Below the pieces are notes generated by a model, which ran no database searches, had not been told where the DNA came from, and saw only the letters and a program-made list of their open reading frames with translations. From positions 3,536,001-3,600,000 of the forward strand of contig NC_045697.1 of the NCBI RefSeq assembly GCF_009834535.1: 64,000 nt of DNA. Direction: 5' to 3'. This stretch comes from Camelus ferus. Taxonomy: Eukaryota. Positions 46,850-60,480 of the stretch are shown here, in pieces; the first letter of the stretch is position 1, and every line of letters starts with the position of its first letter. Position numbers and translations under genes: made by a program.

Positions 46850-47330
46850 GCTCCAGGCTGGGTGAAGGAATGTAGCTGCCCTCTGTGTAAAACCTTCCGT
46901 GGCTCCCCACTGCCACTAAGATCACGTTCAAAGTCCTCAAGGTGGCAGACTGTCTCAATTCATCATCTTAGCTTTATTTCCTCTTAACCACCAGCCACAG
47001 TGCACTTCTCTCTGCCCCCAGGAAGTACCTGGTACTCTGACACACACTGTTCTCTCTGCCAAGAATTCCGACACCCACCAGCTTCACCAGCCAACACTTA
47101 CTCATCCTACAAAGCCTGTTTAAATGTCACCTCTTCCACGAAGACTTCCTCCACGTGGCCTGAAGAATAGGTCCCTCCCAGGATGCTTTATCTATACCAC
47201 CATTAGCACCCAATCACAGTGGGCCACCACGATTGGGCCTCTGCCCCACCTCCCACAATGGACAGTGAGCTCCAAGAGGGCAGGCACTGTGTCCAGCTGT
47301 GCTCTGTATTCCCAGTGCCATAGACACATC
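46850..47330 (+). mobile_element. L2 3' region
   Basis: AAAACCTTCCGTGGCTCCCCACTGCC...AAATGTCACCTCTTCC...GTGAGCTCCAAGAGGGCAGG. Confidence 0.75.
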
Positions 47331-47494
47331 TCCTCAGCTCTGATCCCTTGTTTGTGGCCCTGGGCCATGTGGCCTCCTACAAGAACCAGTGAGGTCCAGG
47401 TCGCCCTACCTGGCTAAGCCTAGGAGTCATTTGAATCTATGAAGGACTTCAAATTACTCACAAATAAAAGCCTAGTCATGAGACTGTCCAATCA

Positions 47495-47695
47495 CTCACC
47501 CACCCATCCAACCATCTATCCACCCTTCCATCCATCCACCATCCACACATCCAACCATCCATCCATCCATTCATCCATCTGTCCACCTACCCACCCCTTC
47601 ATCCATCCATCCACACATCCAACCCCATCCATCTATCCAACCATCCTTCCATTCATCTGTCTATCCACTTACCCACCCATCCATCCAACACACAT
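47495..47695. repeat. Degenerate (CCAT)n tetranucleotide repeat
   Basis: Read directly; abuts the tail of a minus-strand L2. Confidence 0.9.
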
Positions 47696-47960
47696 TTCTT
47701 GAGCAACTACTATGTGCCAGGCCCTGTTCCAGGTCTGGGGACACAGCAATAAACACAATGGCCAGGGCCTTCACAGAATTTAGTCTCAAGGGTTTGACAG
47801 ACAACAAAGAATTAGAGGGTGTGATGAGGGCCTGGCAGGGCCCCCTAGGGGCTGTGGGCCCCGGTGGAGTCTGGGGGATCAGGAACAGGAGTCATGACTG
47901 GCTAAGGGAAAGGGGGGGAGGGATCCCAGGTGAAGGAGCCAGCACAGAAAAGGGCTGGGC
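47696..47960 (-). mobile_element. L2 3' terminus
   Basis: TTGAGCAACTACTATGTGCCAGGCCCTGTTCCAGG...GGGGACACAGCAATAAAC. Confidence 0.8.
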
Positions 47961-50624
47961 GTGAAAGGAACCCTAGGATGCCTGTAGTGGAGGGGCAGTG
48001 GAGGGGTGGGGAGGGAAGGATGGTGAGAAAGAACAGGGCTGGGACTGGGGCAAGGAAAGTGAGGGTGAAATCTCTGAGAAGAGCCTCGCTCTCAGGCACC
48101 ATCCCTGAGTGAGGACCTCCTTACATCCTGTGCCCCAGATGCGTCACCCTGCTCGAGTGGGGGGCGGGTCTGGGGCAAGTTGTCAGTAGGAATAAGATGA
48201 GGGGGGCCTTAGACAGCAATCCAAGAACAGCAGGGAGCCGAGAAGCCTGGACCGTGTCCGGTCAGCTCCAAGACCAACCCTGCCGCTTCCCACCCAACGA
48301 GGCGCAGAGCTGGCTTCTCTCTGAGAGTTTTTCAGGCCGGAGAAACAGTTTCCTGGGCCCCCTTCCCCAGCCCAGCTCAGCGAGGAGAAATGTTTAGACA
48401 GAAAGAAACACTGACCGCAAGATACAACTTCATGTTAAAGGTATTTCATCCATAAGCTGCTTCCTTATTGCTTTCAGATGGTTTGAAATAACCGGCTTGG
48501 AGTCTTTGGTGGGGAAACCAGGGCTGCAGGGTGGGGGCTAAGAGGCGGAGACTGGATCCCCCTGGAGGCGGGTCTCAGGCAAAAACAGGCACACGGGTTG
48601 GCGGCCCTGCCTCAGTCCCAGGGTGGGGGGTGCATGTGCGACCCTGGGCCTCGGGGTCCCCATCTTGAAAGAGGAGGCTGGGCCAGGACCAGGATCAGCC
48701 CCTACCATGTGCCAGGCCCTGCACAGGCCAGGAAGTGCCTCCCACCCAGGCCCCCGGGTGTCCCAGCAGCCCCCAGCAGCGCAGAGGAGGACTTCCTGCC
48801 TGGGCTGGAGCAGCACCTGGCTGTTAGAGGCCCTGCAACTCAGGAAAGCTGGCAATGAGTGTCGGAACTCACTTTCCACCTTCAGCAACTGAATTGGTAA
48901 CGAGCAGGCCCTGCAGGCCAGCCAGCCAGGTGACCTCCTTTCGTGTCAGATTAAAGACTAAGCAGAGGGCGGTGGGGGACCCGGACATTAAATTAGCTCC
49001 ACCCCGTTATGGGCAGAGAAGGCTGACAGGCCAGCCAGAAGCAGGTACGGGCGCAGGGTCCTGCACGGCTGCTCCTTCCAAACCCAGCACAAGTCGGAAA
49101 CGGGAGCCCTGGTGGGGGTCCTGGGCTGGGGGGCGTGGGACAAGCTGCCCTCCTGCCTGCACGGCCTCGCCCACCTCAGTCCCTCAGCCTCCTGTCCTGG
49201 TGTGAGGACCACAGTCAGGACAGCGCACTGGGGGAAAGACGACAGCTCGCAGGACTACCCGGCCTGGGGCGTGTTCCGCAGGAGCACATCAAGCCTGCCC
49301 TCGGCGCCAGGCTGCCACCTGAGTCTGACCCTCTCTCCGTCTTACTGATGGAGCCGCTGAGTCTGGTCCAAGGGCCGCATAGAGAGACAGGCCATGCTGG
49401 GACTTGAACCAGGGACATCAGAGCCCAGAGCCCCTTCTCGTCTTGCCTCCCGGCCCCACTCCCCCAGCTCTCCCGTTCCCGGTGGTCCTGCCCCCGCGCT
49501 CTGCCAAGGGCAGAGGCTACGATGGCCACTGGCAACCAGGAGGCTAAGGGCTAGGCAATGAGGTTTGTTCACGACGGCGTGCTTGGTTGGAGGTTCTGGC
49601 CCCGCCCACAGTGTGCAACTTTTCCACCTGCCTCTGTCCAGCTGGGCCTGGTGGGAGGGGTCAGGATTAAGTCCTTCACAGTGGGCTCTCCCTACGTCCT
49701 TCCAGACGCTTTTCAGGACTGAAACTGGTCCTCGAGGAAGTACCAGCCTGGGGAGCCAATGCAACATCACCGAGGTGCATACTCAAATCCCCTGGGCCCG
49801 GGCCAGGGACAGGTGGGGAAGCCAATTTCTCAAGGCTCCATGTAACTCCTCTGTGCCCATCTTGAGCCCAAGTGGAGGCAGATTAGTGAGAGAGCCGGCC
49901 GACCCGCTCTCCTGCAGACACCAACATTTCATCGGGAAAACAGCCTCTGTCTGCGGGAGCCTGCGAGTGCCGGGGCAGTACTTGGGGAGCAAACAGCCTC
50001 AGAGAAGCCAAGAGGCACATGTAGTGTCTGAGAGTCTCTGGGGCTGTGGCCACGTCCGGCAGGTGCTTCTGGCCATCCTGGGCCCAGCTGAGAGATGCCC
50101 CAAGTCAGTGTGACCTTTCCTGAGCACCTACTGTGTGCTGAACGCTGCAGGAGCCAAGAGAAAGATACTGCTCCTGTTACAAGGATGAACAAAGTAATAC
50201 CCAAGGGGCCTGGCACACAGTAGGTGCTCATTAAACACGGTTGTCTTCCTGCTTTTCCTGAGCCAGCCTGTGGCTGTTCATTCATTAAGAAGCCTCAACC
50301 CCTCCCCCCAGCTCTCCCCTGGGAAAAGCCTTAGCTGGGCCTCCCAGCTGCCCATCTCCCCCGGACTCACTGGTGACTTGGGTGGGCACCCACTCTCAGG
50401 ACGGCCTGCTGGAGGGTGGACACTGGAAACCAGCCCGCATTCCAGCCCCTACCCCATCCCTTCCTGTGAGATCTCTGGCAACTCACTTGCCCTTCTGGAG
50501 CCTCAGTGTCCCCATGTCACGTGTGGCTCCTGCTGTCCACTCAGCAGGGTCTGGAGGTGTACAGCAGATGAAGGATGGAGGCCCTTGACCCTTTGCCTAT
50601 CCCAGAGCCCCACAGAGCAGCTTT

Positions 50625-50752
50625 GCCAGTCACCTGGGAGCTCATTAGAAATAGTCTCTGGCTTCACCCAGAACCACTGAATCAGAACCTGCATTTTAAC
50701 AAGATCCCAGGGGATCGTGGGCGAATGAAAATCTGAGAAGTGCCGCTCCAGG
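50625..50752 (+). mobile_element. MER5A/MER5A1-like hAT-Charlie MITE
   Basis: TCACCTGGGAGCTCATTAGAAAT...ACTGAATCAGAACCTGCATTTTAACAAGATCCCAGG...TGAGAAGTGC. Confidence 0.8.
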
Positions 50753-51799
50753 CTCTTGAAGGGTGGCCCTTTCCCTCCCACACCTCGTTCGGTTTTTAAA
50801 CCCATCCCTGACTTGCTTCAGCTCAAAGCCCTTTCCTCCCACCACTGGCTGGACTGGGCCTCGCCCTAGCAGCTTCTGTCAAGAGCCCTCGGTCCCCACC
50901 TCTCTCGCCGGAGGATCCTGCCACTCCCCGGCTTCACAAAGACAGACACTGCCACCCACCAGGACCCCGGCCCCAGCGCCCAGATACCTTGACCAAGCTT
51001 CATGCCGCCAGCCCTGGGCTCGAGGGGCAAGACCCTGCCCCACCCGTGCCAAAGAACCTTCTCAAGCCCGAAGCCGGGGGTGTGGCTGCACTTGGGTCAC
51101 ACGAGTCCCACACTGCCCTCCCCTCCCCACTAGCAGTTTCTAGATCAAGGGGGATGAAACCAGACTCCTCCATGTGAGTGACACCCCCACCATGTGACCA
51201 GCCCCTCACCACCGCCTCCCCTACCCTGTCCCCCAGCATCCAGCCCCCAGCCGCCCTCTGTCCCTGGAACACACGAAACACGGATGATCCTGGGCCTTTG
51301 ACCTGCTGTCCCCTCTCAGTCCTAAATGTGGCGGGAGAAACCCAGCTGGCACGGGCTCCCCAGGAGGCCCGGAGAATGTTCCTTCCCTTGGAAGCTGTTT
51401 CCTCAATAATCTGAGCAAAATGAAACCTGCTTCCCAGGGCCGGGCAAGGTTCCCAAGCAGGCGTGGCTGCGAACAGCACCTTGGGGAGCGGAGGGCTGCC
51501 CACGGCGGCACTGGTTTTCACTTCCAAATTCTACATTTGATGTCTAAAGTCTCATTTCATTTCTAAACTCTGGGGGCACTAAATCAAGTAGAAGGAGCTG
51601 GAGACCCAAGCACAAGGTCTGGCTGGGACACGACTCACTGCTTGCTCGCTGGTGAGACGGCGCTGGACTGGCTGTTTCCAGCACGGATGCCCCAGGGGCC
51701 GGGGGTGTGAGCGGTGGTGGAGTCAGAGTCCTGTCCTCCCGGGAGAAGGTGACGCTTTTGGCACAGCTGCCCTGACCTGGAATCAGCCAAGAGGCTCTT

Positions 51800-52281
51800 T
51801 GCAGTCGGCCAACGAATGGATCCCAAAGATGACCACGTCCTAATCCCCTAAACCTGGAATGTGTCACCTCCCGGGGCAAAAGGGGTCTTGCAGGCAGGAT
51901 TAGGTTCGGAATCTTGAGGTGGGGGGATTCTCCTGGATGATTCAGGCGGGCTCTAAATGCAGTCACAGGTGTCCTTGCAAGAGTAAGGCCGTGGGAGATT
52001 TGATACCATGGAAGAAACCGGACATTTGGGGTGGACGCCAGGGGTTGGAGAGCTGTGAGGAAGGGGCCATGAGCCAACGAGTGCAGGCGTTGCCCAAGGC
52101 TGGACAAGGCCAGGGAACGGGCTCTGCCCTGGACCCTTCAGGAGAAACAGGCCCTGCACCCCCTTGGCCTCGGCTCTGAAGCCTCCCCACAGACTCCTGG
52201 CCTCCAGACTGTGAGGGATCTGTGGTGTCTTCAGCTACAGCACGCACGGTCACTTGTTACAGCGGCCGCAGGAGTCGTATA
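51800..52281 (+). mobile_element. MLT1D-like MaLR solo LTR
   Basis: CCCAAAGATGACCACGTCCTAATCCC...AAGGGGCCATGAGCCAA...TTGTTACAGCGGCCGCAGGA. Confidence 0.85.
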
Positions 52282-53329
52282 TCCTCCTCTTCCTGCTTCC
52301 CTCCTGAAATGAGTTTGGCACAAGAATTTGGGTGGGAGCTTTTCACAAAAGAAAACTGGGTGTGAGCTGAGCTCTCCCGCAGGCTAAAATTCCATGTTCA
52401 GGGTGGGGCCCCCGTGTCCAGATGGCCCCTCAGCTGCACACATGACCAGCAGTGCAGGCACTAACCATTCCCCACATGGCTCCGTGTGGCTGGCAGGAGT
52501 TGTCCTCGGTGAGTGGCAGGCTTTCCTTTTGACATTTGGCTTTGCCCGAAACTCATCCCACTTCCTCGCCTCCCAGACCCCCGTGGGTCTCCGCAGGTGA
52601 GCCGAGCGTTAGCTCCAGCGGACAGACGGCCTATTTTGCAGCCGAGCCACGCTGCCAGCAAGCTCTGCAGGGAGGGCTCTCAAAGTCCCCACTGAGTCTC
52701 GCTGGAGTGGGACCCGGCGGCCTCGCTGGGGAGCTCTGAGTCACAGGGCTTGGAAAGGCCTCCGGATTCTTTCCCAGAGCCGGGACACAGGCCCGGAGGG
52801 ATTCAAAAGCCACTTCTGCTCCACCTCGGCCTTTGGGCATGAGGCCTTCCAAGTCCACCAGGGACGCGGGGAGAATGCGCCCCACCTGACGGCTGTCACT
52901 GGCCAGCGGTGGTCTGTCTGGGCCTCTCAGGACGCAGGACTCTGGTCCTGCCCTGAGCAAAGGACTGCTGGGCGTGCAGGGCTCATTCTCAGGCTGGAAG
53001 GGCCTGTTGGGGTCATTTGTCTACATGTGGGGAAACTGAGGTCCCCAGAGGGGCCACCCCCTGGCCAAGGTCACAGGAGAGGTCAGTGGTAAAACCAGGG
53101 CCCTTCACATTGTGGTTAATGATAAGGTGTCTGTCTTTCCGTCTTCCCAGATTGTAAGCCCATGAGGTTAGGATAGAGGCTGCTGGCAGCCTGTTAGGTC
53201 CCTAACGCAGAGCACATAGAAGGAACTTGAAAAACTATTTTTGAAGGAATGAACCAACTCCAGGCTGTCTGCCTGGGGCCAGTCCTAGGACAGCCCACAG
53301 GGATCACCCTCTGATGGACTTGAACAGAT

Positions 53330-53512
53330 CTGAGTGTCAAACCCAGGTAGCTTCAATCCCTCTGTGCAAGTAACTTACCCTCTCAGAGCCTCAATTTCTT
53401 CATCTGTAAAATGGGAATGATAATAGAGCTGCCTCCTAGGGTGGCCATGAGGATTCAACAAGGAACATGCGTGAAAAGCCTGCTGCGATGCCCAGCACAG
53501 AGTAGGTGCTGG
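53330..53512 (+). mobile_element. MIR SINE
   Basis: GCAAGTAACTTACCCTCTCAGAGCCTCAATTTCTTCATCTGTAAAATGGGAATGATAATAG. Confidence 0.85.
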
Positions 53513-53858
53513 GCCGCCGAGGATGGGGAGGAGAAGGAAGATACGGAGAATGTCACGGTGGAGTCCCACCCTCAGGACCCCATGATCCAGAGGGAGACAC
53601 AAGAAGCCCTCACACGCCTTCGACAGAGCAGAGTGGTCAGCAGCCCCAGAGAGGCCAGAGTGCGATCCAGGGGCCTTCACACAGTGGAACACTCACACAC
53701 CTGGGAAAGAAAGCAGGTTTGAGGAGGAAGCCACTTGAAGACGGAGCCTCGAAGGGCCAACAGGAGGGAGGAGGCGAGAGCCCACGGGTGGTTCAGGAAT
53801 AGAAAGTGCTCTGGGGGTGGGGGGAGCAGCCGCAGCACGGCTGCGCCTGGAAGCTGAG

Positions 53859-54194
53859 TGAGTGAGGGGCTGAACAGCGCCCCCAAGTTCATGTCCACCC
53901 GGGACCTCAGAACATGAGCTTGTTCGTAAATGGGGTCTTTGCAGAGGTGACCAAGTTAAGATAAGGCCACGATTAGGGTGGGCCCTAAATCCTGTGACTG
54001 GCATCTTATCAGAGAAGGGAGAGGACATTCAGGACACAGATGCAGGGAGGAAGCCCAGGACGGCCCAGGGCCACGGAAGCCAGACAGAGGAGGCAGGGGT
54101 TCTTCCCAGAGCCCCCAGGCCATGGAGAATGGACTCCCCGTTACCCTGACCCACAGTGGTGGTGCTGCTAACGCAGCCCCAGGAAACCGGAGCA
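53859..54194 (+). mobile_element. MLT1B/C-like MaLR solo LTR (internally shortened)
   Basis: GGGCTGAACAG...ACCTCAGAACATGA...GATTAGGGTGGGCCCTAAATCC...GCAGCCCCAGGAAAC. Confidence 0.8.
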
Positions 54195-57100
54195 GCCCCC
54201 AGCCCCACAGGCCGCCGGCTCTCCCGTGAACCCGATCGGAGCGGGAGCAGGGAACTGCTGGCTCCACGTCGGGTGACGCAGCCCCGGGAATGCTTGCCAA
54301 GCAGCTGTGAGCAGGGCGGAGGCCTGGAGGCCCCTCGACCACGGGGGTCCAGGGGACAGCAGGAAGGCCACTGCATCCTGACGCCCGCTGCCCACCCATC
54401 AATGGGGCCCTTCACGAGCAGCGAGCTGGCCCCGCGCCAGACCCTCCGGTCCCCGCCACCCTGCCCTTCCACCTCCGCAGGCTGGCGCTTCCTGCCCGAC
54501 GCTGGCCCGCGGAAGCTCGGCTGGCCTCTGGCCAGGCCCAGTGAGACCACACTTCAGCCTCCTCCTGTCCCAGGCTGGGAGGGTGACAAGAGAGTGCCAA
54601 GGACATTGGTCTGTCATCGCTGTCATCACCAGTCTGCCCGGGTGCCACGGCCAGGAGGGTCTAGAGGGGCCTGGTGGGGAAAAGTGAATGTGGCTGGGGT
54701 CAGGCCTCGGCATAGGGAGTGTGGTGATTCCCAGGCCTCAGTTTCCTCCCTGTGGAATGGGGGGCTAACTTCTCTCTCCGGGGTTTCCAGGATCAGAAGA
54801 GGACGCACACATTCGGGGCCTCCTGAAGCCCCATGCCCAGGAGGCCTCCGTGAGCCTCAGTTCATTTGTGACACCCAAGTGGAGGGGCCTGGAGGACAGC
54901 CCCGAGCTCCCGTCCAGCTTTCAGCTCCACAGGACACAAGCTCACATGCTGCATGGAGCCGATCTTCCCTGTCCAGAAAGTGGAGACCCTTTGCTGAGAA
55001 CCATGACTTCCGTGTTTGGGAAGACACGTCCACCACAAGAGCCCCAATCCCGGCCACTCAGCACGTGACTCTCCTGGGGGCTGGGCCTTGTGTCTGGCAG
55101 AAGACACAGGAGTCCGTGTGTCTCACGCCCTGGGGAGGAGGCACGGGGTGACTGTGGGTACCCGACTCTGCAGCCTCTGATGCCAAACCAGCCTGTTCTG
55201 GGAGCCCTGCAGCCCAGCTTGCGGTCTGCGCCCTGATCCCAGCCCCACAATGACAGGCAGAGCAGACAGATGTACCGGTCAAGCTCATGCACTGCGTCCC
55301 ACAGCCGGGGGTCCTGGGGCCCAGCTGGGAGGTCCATGTCGGCACCCAGCTCAGGGCAGCAGGGCCTCTGAGCCTCAGTGCTTCTCAGGTGACTGACAGC
55401 AGTTCTACATGGACCCAGACAGAGATGCAGCTCAGGTGACAAATTTGACCAGGAGAAGGACCTGCACCGAGGCCAGCGTACGCGTCTGCTTCACAGCAGT
55501 AACGTCTCAAGCTCAGCCATCGCACTGCGCTGTCACCAAATGGGGACAAAGGCCAACGCCCAGGGAAGGACAAGGCCACTCCTCTGCTCGGGAGGAAGGT
55601 GACAGCTCTTGTAGCTGACACTCACCTACAGCAAGTCTGTGTCTTTTGAAGCCCTGGTGCCCCCACCCATGCCCTCACTTTGAGGCTGCCTCTAAAAGCA
55701 AATGGAACTCAGGGATGGAGTAAACCTAATCCCTTCCCCCCAAAAGGCAAGTGGAACTCAAGACGGGTTTGTTTTGTGGGGCAAGGACGGGATCTCCTGG
55801 CACCAGCCAGCCACCCAGCCTGGTGCCCGGGCACTCGTCCTTCAAACAACAAGCACTTAAGCTGAATGATGCTTTCCAGTCTCTTCAACCTTCAAGGACA
55901 TCATCCGATCCTGAGAGGAGAAGGGGCTTCGGGGGAGAATTAAATAGGAACTAGCAGACCAGGACCGGACACCGGGAGGGACAGGGCTCACTCCCCGGGC
56001 CCCCGGCGGTGGGCTTCTTGTGAGTGATGGGATTCCGAGGCAGGAATCCAGCTACTCCCCCCAAGACTGAGCTGTTACCATGCCTGCCCCTCTTTGATGG
56101 GCTGTGGCACAACCACCCCTGCACAGGAGCCTTCCCAGATCCTCCCAGCCACCCTGACAGTCTGCCCTTCTCACCTGCCTTCAGTTTTAGAGTCACATGT
56201 GTGGGAGCCTGAACCCACTTCCTCCAAGTCAAGGACTCCCTCTTAACCCCTTAGGCCAACAGTGCCTCACTGGGCAGTTTCACGCTGGGCCCCATCAGGA
56301 GGCCCGCAGGCTGCATTTCACTCAGTCCTAGTATCAAAAGAAGCTGATTGTCCTGGACAGTCAGTTTGCTTTGTCTATGGTCCCCAGGACTTGGTAACCA
56401 ATCCCATTTCCGTTTTTGCTTTGGCTGCTAGGATGCTCATTTTATATGTGGTTTTGTTCTTTTCCTACCATTATGTGCACTTCATAAAAATTCCCTCAAC
56501 TATTTGTTATTTTCAAGTATAAATATATATTTTAAGGAAGCCACCTAAAGCCATGTGTGCAACTAGGCAGTATGAACACATGAATAATATCCAACGTCAT
56601 GACTAATTGTGTCATGATGCAAAATTTATGAAGAATTTTCCTACGTGTTACAACACCCAGCACATGCACACTTATGGGAACCAGATCTACCCAATCACTG
56701 TGAGGGGAAAAAACGGCCAGAGGGTCCTCAAGGACATGGCAGATTTCAGGAGCAATGGAGCCCTTGGCCTCAGGGTAGGGTGGGGGTGGGAGGCAGGCAT
56801 GAGGCAGGCGGGGACTGCTTGGTGCCCTCAAATCCTTGGCACTCTGTAGAGGGCACTGGCATTCCAGCCTTCCTTTCAGTACCTCATTTTAAAGTCAAAA
56901 CAGGTCCTCCTCATCTGAACCCAAAGGACAAGTTTCCCAAGAAAAAAAACCTCTTTGCAAAGCTCAGTGGAGGACGTGCAGACTGGGAAGGGCCTGGGGC
57001 TCCAACTTTTCAGGGGCTTGGCAAGCGGGAGTCAGGTGTCACGGCCTCTCCCAAGACATCCCTACCCCTTCTCTCACTGCATTTCTAACTTTCTTTCCAA

Positions 57101-58959
57101 GTCAGTCGTTCAATGGCATCTATCTAGCAGCCCCTGTGGGCACAACTCCTGAGACTCTGGCAAAGCTGAGCTGAACCAGGCATCGGCTTCCCAGGAGGAA
57201 GCCAACAGGCTGTGGGGAGCCGGGCACATCACAGGCTCCAACTCCATGAGGCGCAGGGCCGGCAGGAGACAGGAGTTGGGGCCACGCAGAGCCAGGTGCA
57301 GCCAGGCGGAGAGAGGGGTGAGGGAGCACGTTTGGTCCAGAGGGAACAGCAGGTTCCAGGGCCAAGGACAGGGGAAGATGCGATGGGGCACAGGGACCGC
57401 GCAGCAGGGAAAGGGAGAGTGCTGGCACGGGGCCTGGGGGGACTGCACCGCGGAATGGGAACTTGATTCTGTAAGTGAGAGAGCCACACTTCAGGCAAAT
57501 AAATGATGCGGCCAGAATCACTCCCAGCCATGTCCAGTTAGAGAAGGCCCAGCCTTGCGGGCTCGCCTCCCAGGGCTGCCTCGATGTGCTCCCCAGACCC
57601 TCTCAGCTCCATGCTCCCCCACTTCCTGCTGCATTTTCAGCTCAACGTCCATCATTTCTTCGTCCTCATCATCCTCTGCTCCTGCTCCCAAGCCTCGGTG
57701 CCCACATCCTACCTGCCCCTGAAGACAAACGTCAGGTCACTCACGTGGCCATCAGATCTCAGCCCCTCTGGCCAAGCAGCCTCGGGTCTGATCAGCCCAC
57801 CACTCAATAGCCTGTCTGACGGCGGGGGCATCATCACACGCTCCGGGGAAACGGCTCATTTCTGGGTGGGATCTCACCGGGAACGAGCCAGGTGGCTCCG
57901 ACTGCTTTGTCATTTTCACCCGAGAGCAAAGGCCTACAGAGCTGCCCGCATGACTGGCACGTAAGTCCCGCCACTGCCCCGTGGCCTCCTGCCCCTGGGA
58001 TAAATCACGTGCCTCTCCCCGGCCGCGTCTGACCCGGGTGAGGTCCGGGCTCACACGCCCCCTCCTCCGACCCTGCCAGCCACTCTTCAGCGCCTAGTCT
58101 GCTCCTTGGTCTCTGTGACATGTACATCCTTCTGAAATTACCTGGTCACTGGCTTGTCTGCCGCCTCTGCTGGAACGTCAGCTCTGTGAGAGCAGGGACC
58201 TTGTTTCGTTCACCAACCATCACATGAGAGCCTAAGTACCAGGCACTTTCTTTTTGGGAAGGAATGTTGGGAGGGACTGAACAGCACAGTAGCCTGGAGC
58301 TCACATCACTCTCCCCGGCCCACCCCTGACCTTTTCCAGCCTTCCACGGGCAAGTGACAGTGGCACAGGGGCCCCAACCCCGTGGTGTGCGGGGCAACTC
58401 TGGCCAACATCATCAAAGAGTCCCAGGCTCTGCCCTTCCTTCCGGAAACAGCGGCTCATCCGAACGTGTGGATGTGTTTGCCTTTCTAAATCCCCTGTGA
58501 CTGGCCGTCTGGCGTACATCAGCTGTCTCTCCAGCCATCTGGCAGCAGGCTCAGAAAGCTGTGTCCTCTAAACAAACTGTCAAATGTGAGTCTTCCCAGC
58601 AGGTAATACACACGACTTCAAGTGGAGGGGAAAAACCTACCCTTTTCCATGCTCGTTGTTTCCAGACATCGGTAAAATGCCTTCTCTCCTGGGGTGATCC
58701 AGCGTCCACCCCTAAACCTGCAGCAGAGGGGGCGTGCTCACCTGTGCTCGGCACCGAGCTGGCCCAACGGGAACTGAGGAAGGTGAGCCTTCCCTTAAGC
58801 TGTCGCTCAAGGGCCCCCTGAAGTTGCGTTTTCTAACCTCCAGCATAAAACTCTTTGATTACTGCTTTCATTCCAACCACTGGGGTGGAAATCTATTTTT
58901 AAGTGATGCATATATTTCCCTATCTTTTTGAAAAGAGTACACTGAATATCATTCAGCGT

Positions 58960-59265
58960 CTGACATCACAAACTCAAACATCTGCAGGAACCAGGAAGAC
59001 AACATAAAGGAGGAGAGTGGGGAGCACACAGTGGGGGGGGGGGCCTGCAGAAAAGTGGAGAGCACAGTGGGGCAGCATCTACTCTGCACGAGCTGAATGT
59101 TGACATGGGGTAACAAAGGACTAGTGTCACCAAACACTTGAGTTACCAATCTCTTGATTTTGCAGGAGAAGCCAGAACTCCAGATTTTTATGTTAAAGTT
59201 CATGCTTTTTAAATGCTGGAAAATGCCATACAGGCCAGATAGGACAAGTCGGAAGGCCCAGTTTG
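58960..59265 (+). mobile_element. MER102-like hAT-Charlie MITE
   Basis: CACAAACTCAAACATCTGCAGG...GAGAAGCCAGAACTCCAGATTTTTATG...TTTTTAAATGCTGG...CCAGTTTG. Confidence 0.65.
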
Positions 59266-59280
59266 ATCATTAAGCAACAG

Positions 59281-59840
59281 AACCCAAACCCAGCTCAACT
59301 CCTAACTAGGACTCGACTCCCCAAGCCAGCAGCCTGATAAAGGAGGAGGCAGGCCCATTTCCAGGCCTGATACCATTTGCCTCCAGTCTACAAACAATGT
59401 CTAGCAAGCAATCAAAAATTACAAGACACATTTAAAAAAGAAGAAGAAGAACCCAAATGGTGAAGGAAAAGCACAAAGGGTGGTTTCTCAGGGCAACAGA
59501 ACACTGCTCAGACATAAAAGGGGAAGACAACTGAGACGGATGCATCACAAACATGCCGTCCTAAGTGAGAGATGCCAGACTCGAAGGCCGCCTGCCACGT
59601 GACTCCACTCACAGGGCATCCAGAAAAGGCAAAACTACAGGACGACACCAAACCTGCAGCAGTCGGCGGGGGACAGAGACTGATTGCAAAGGGCCACGAG
59701 AGAACTTGAGGAGGCAGGAGAAAAGTTCTGTATCTTGACTGCAGCGCTGTTGATACGACCACTAAGTTTGTCAAAATTCGTCATATTGTAATCCTGCAAG
59801 GGGCTGCTGTACACTGTGTGAATACTACCTCAGCAACCTG
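59281..59840 (+). mobile_element. Old L1 (L1MC/ME-like): 5'-region piece adjoining a 3' UTR piece
   Basis: 5'-like: CCCAGCTCAACTCCTAACTAG...AATCAAAAATTACAAGACAC. 3'-like: CTAAGTGAGAGATGCCAGAC...CCAGAAAAGGCAAAACTACAG...GTTCTGTATCTTGAC...TTTGTCAAAATTC. Confidence 0.7.
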
Positions 59841-60299
59841 GAGGGAAGAGAGAATGGTCAGCGCCCGGTGAAGGGCTCTGTGGGGACCAGCTTAACAATC
59901 ACACCCACTGAGCAAATACTAGTTACACAGCAGTTACTGAATTAATGGTTTATCTCACTTGACCCCCTCTTACCACCCAAGGAGTAGATTCTATCAACAT
60001 TTTACAAACAAAACCAGGTATCAAAGAGGCAGAGCGAGCTGCCCACGCTCACAGCAGTGAGCGGGAGGGCTGGGGCTGTTCCAGGCGTGTCTGACTCCCC
60101 CGTGTGTGCTTGTGGTGAACCAGCGCCAGGCCCTAGAGCTTGCAGGGTGAGATCTGCGGGCCCGAGGGCAGGTGGGGCTCCCCACTGAGTCTCTGGCGCC
60201 CAGCACAGTGCCTTGATCCTATTAGGGGCCGTACACCAAACAGCCCCGTGTGACACTTGCACCTGGGAACCAGGTGACCAGGGGACAGAACCCAGCTCA

Positions 60300-60480
60300 G
60301 CCACCTCCTAGTCGGATGACCCTCAATGACCCACCTCCCTGACCCTCAGTTTCCCCGTCTATAAGATGTAGATAATACCTCCCAGCAGGATCACCTGAGG
60401 GCAAAATAAAACCCACATGCACAGTGACCAGCCAGTGCGTGGCGCTTAGTAGGTGCTCAGCAAACGGGGTTACGGTTGCT
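60300..60480 (+). mobile_element. MIR SINE
   Basis: CCTCAGTTTCCCCGTCTATAAGATG...TAGTAGGTGCTCAGCAAA. Confidence 0.7.

Noticed and set aside
47439..47702. His/Pro/Ser/Ile-rich ORF (also 63757-63960)
   Set aside because: Translations of (CCAT)n tetranucleotide repeats.
54156..55151. Longest ORF in the track (331 aa, +)
   Set aside because: Non-ATG start inside an MLT1 LTR, crosses a MIR fragment, Pro/Arg/Gly/Ser-rich with no recognisable domain. Expected by chance in GC-rich DNA.
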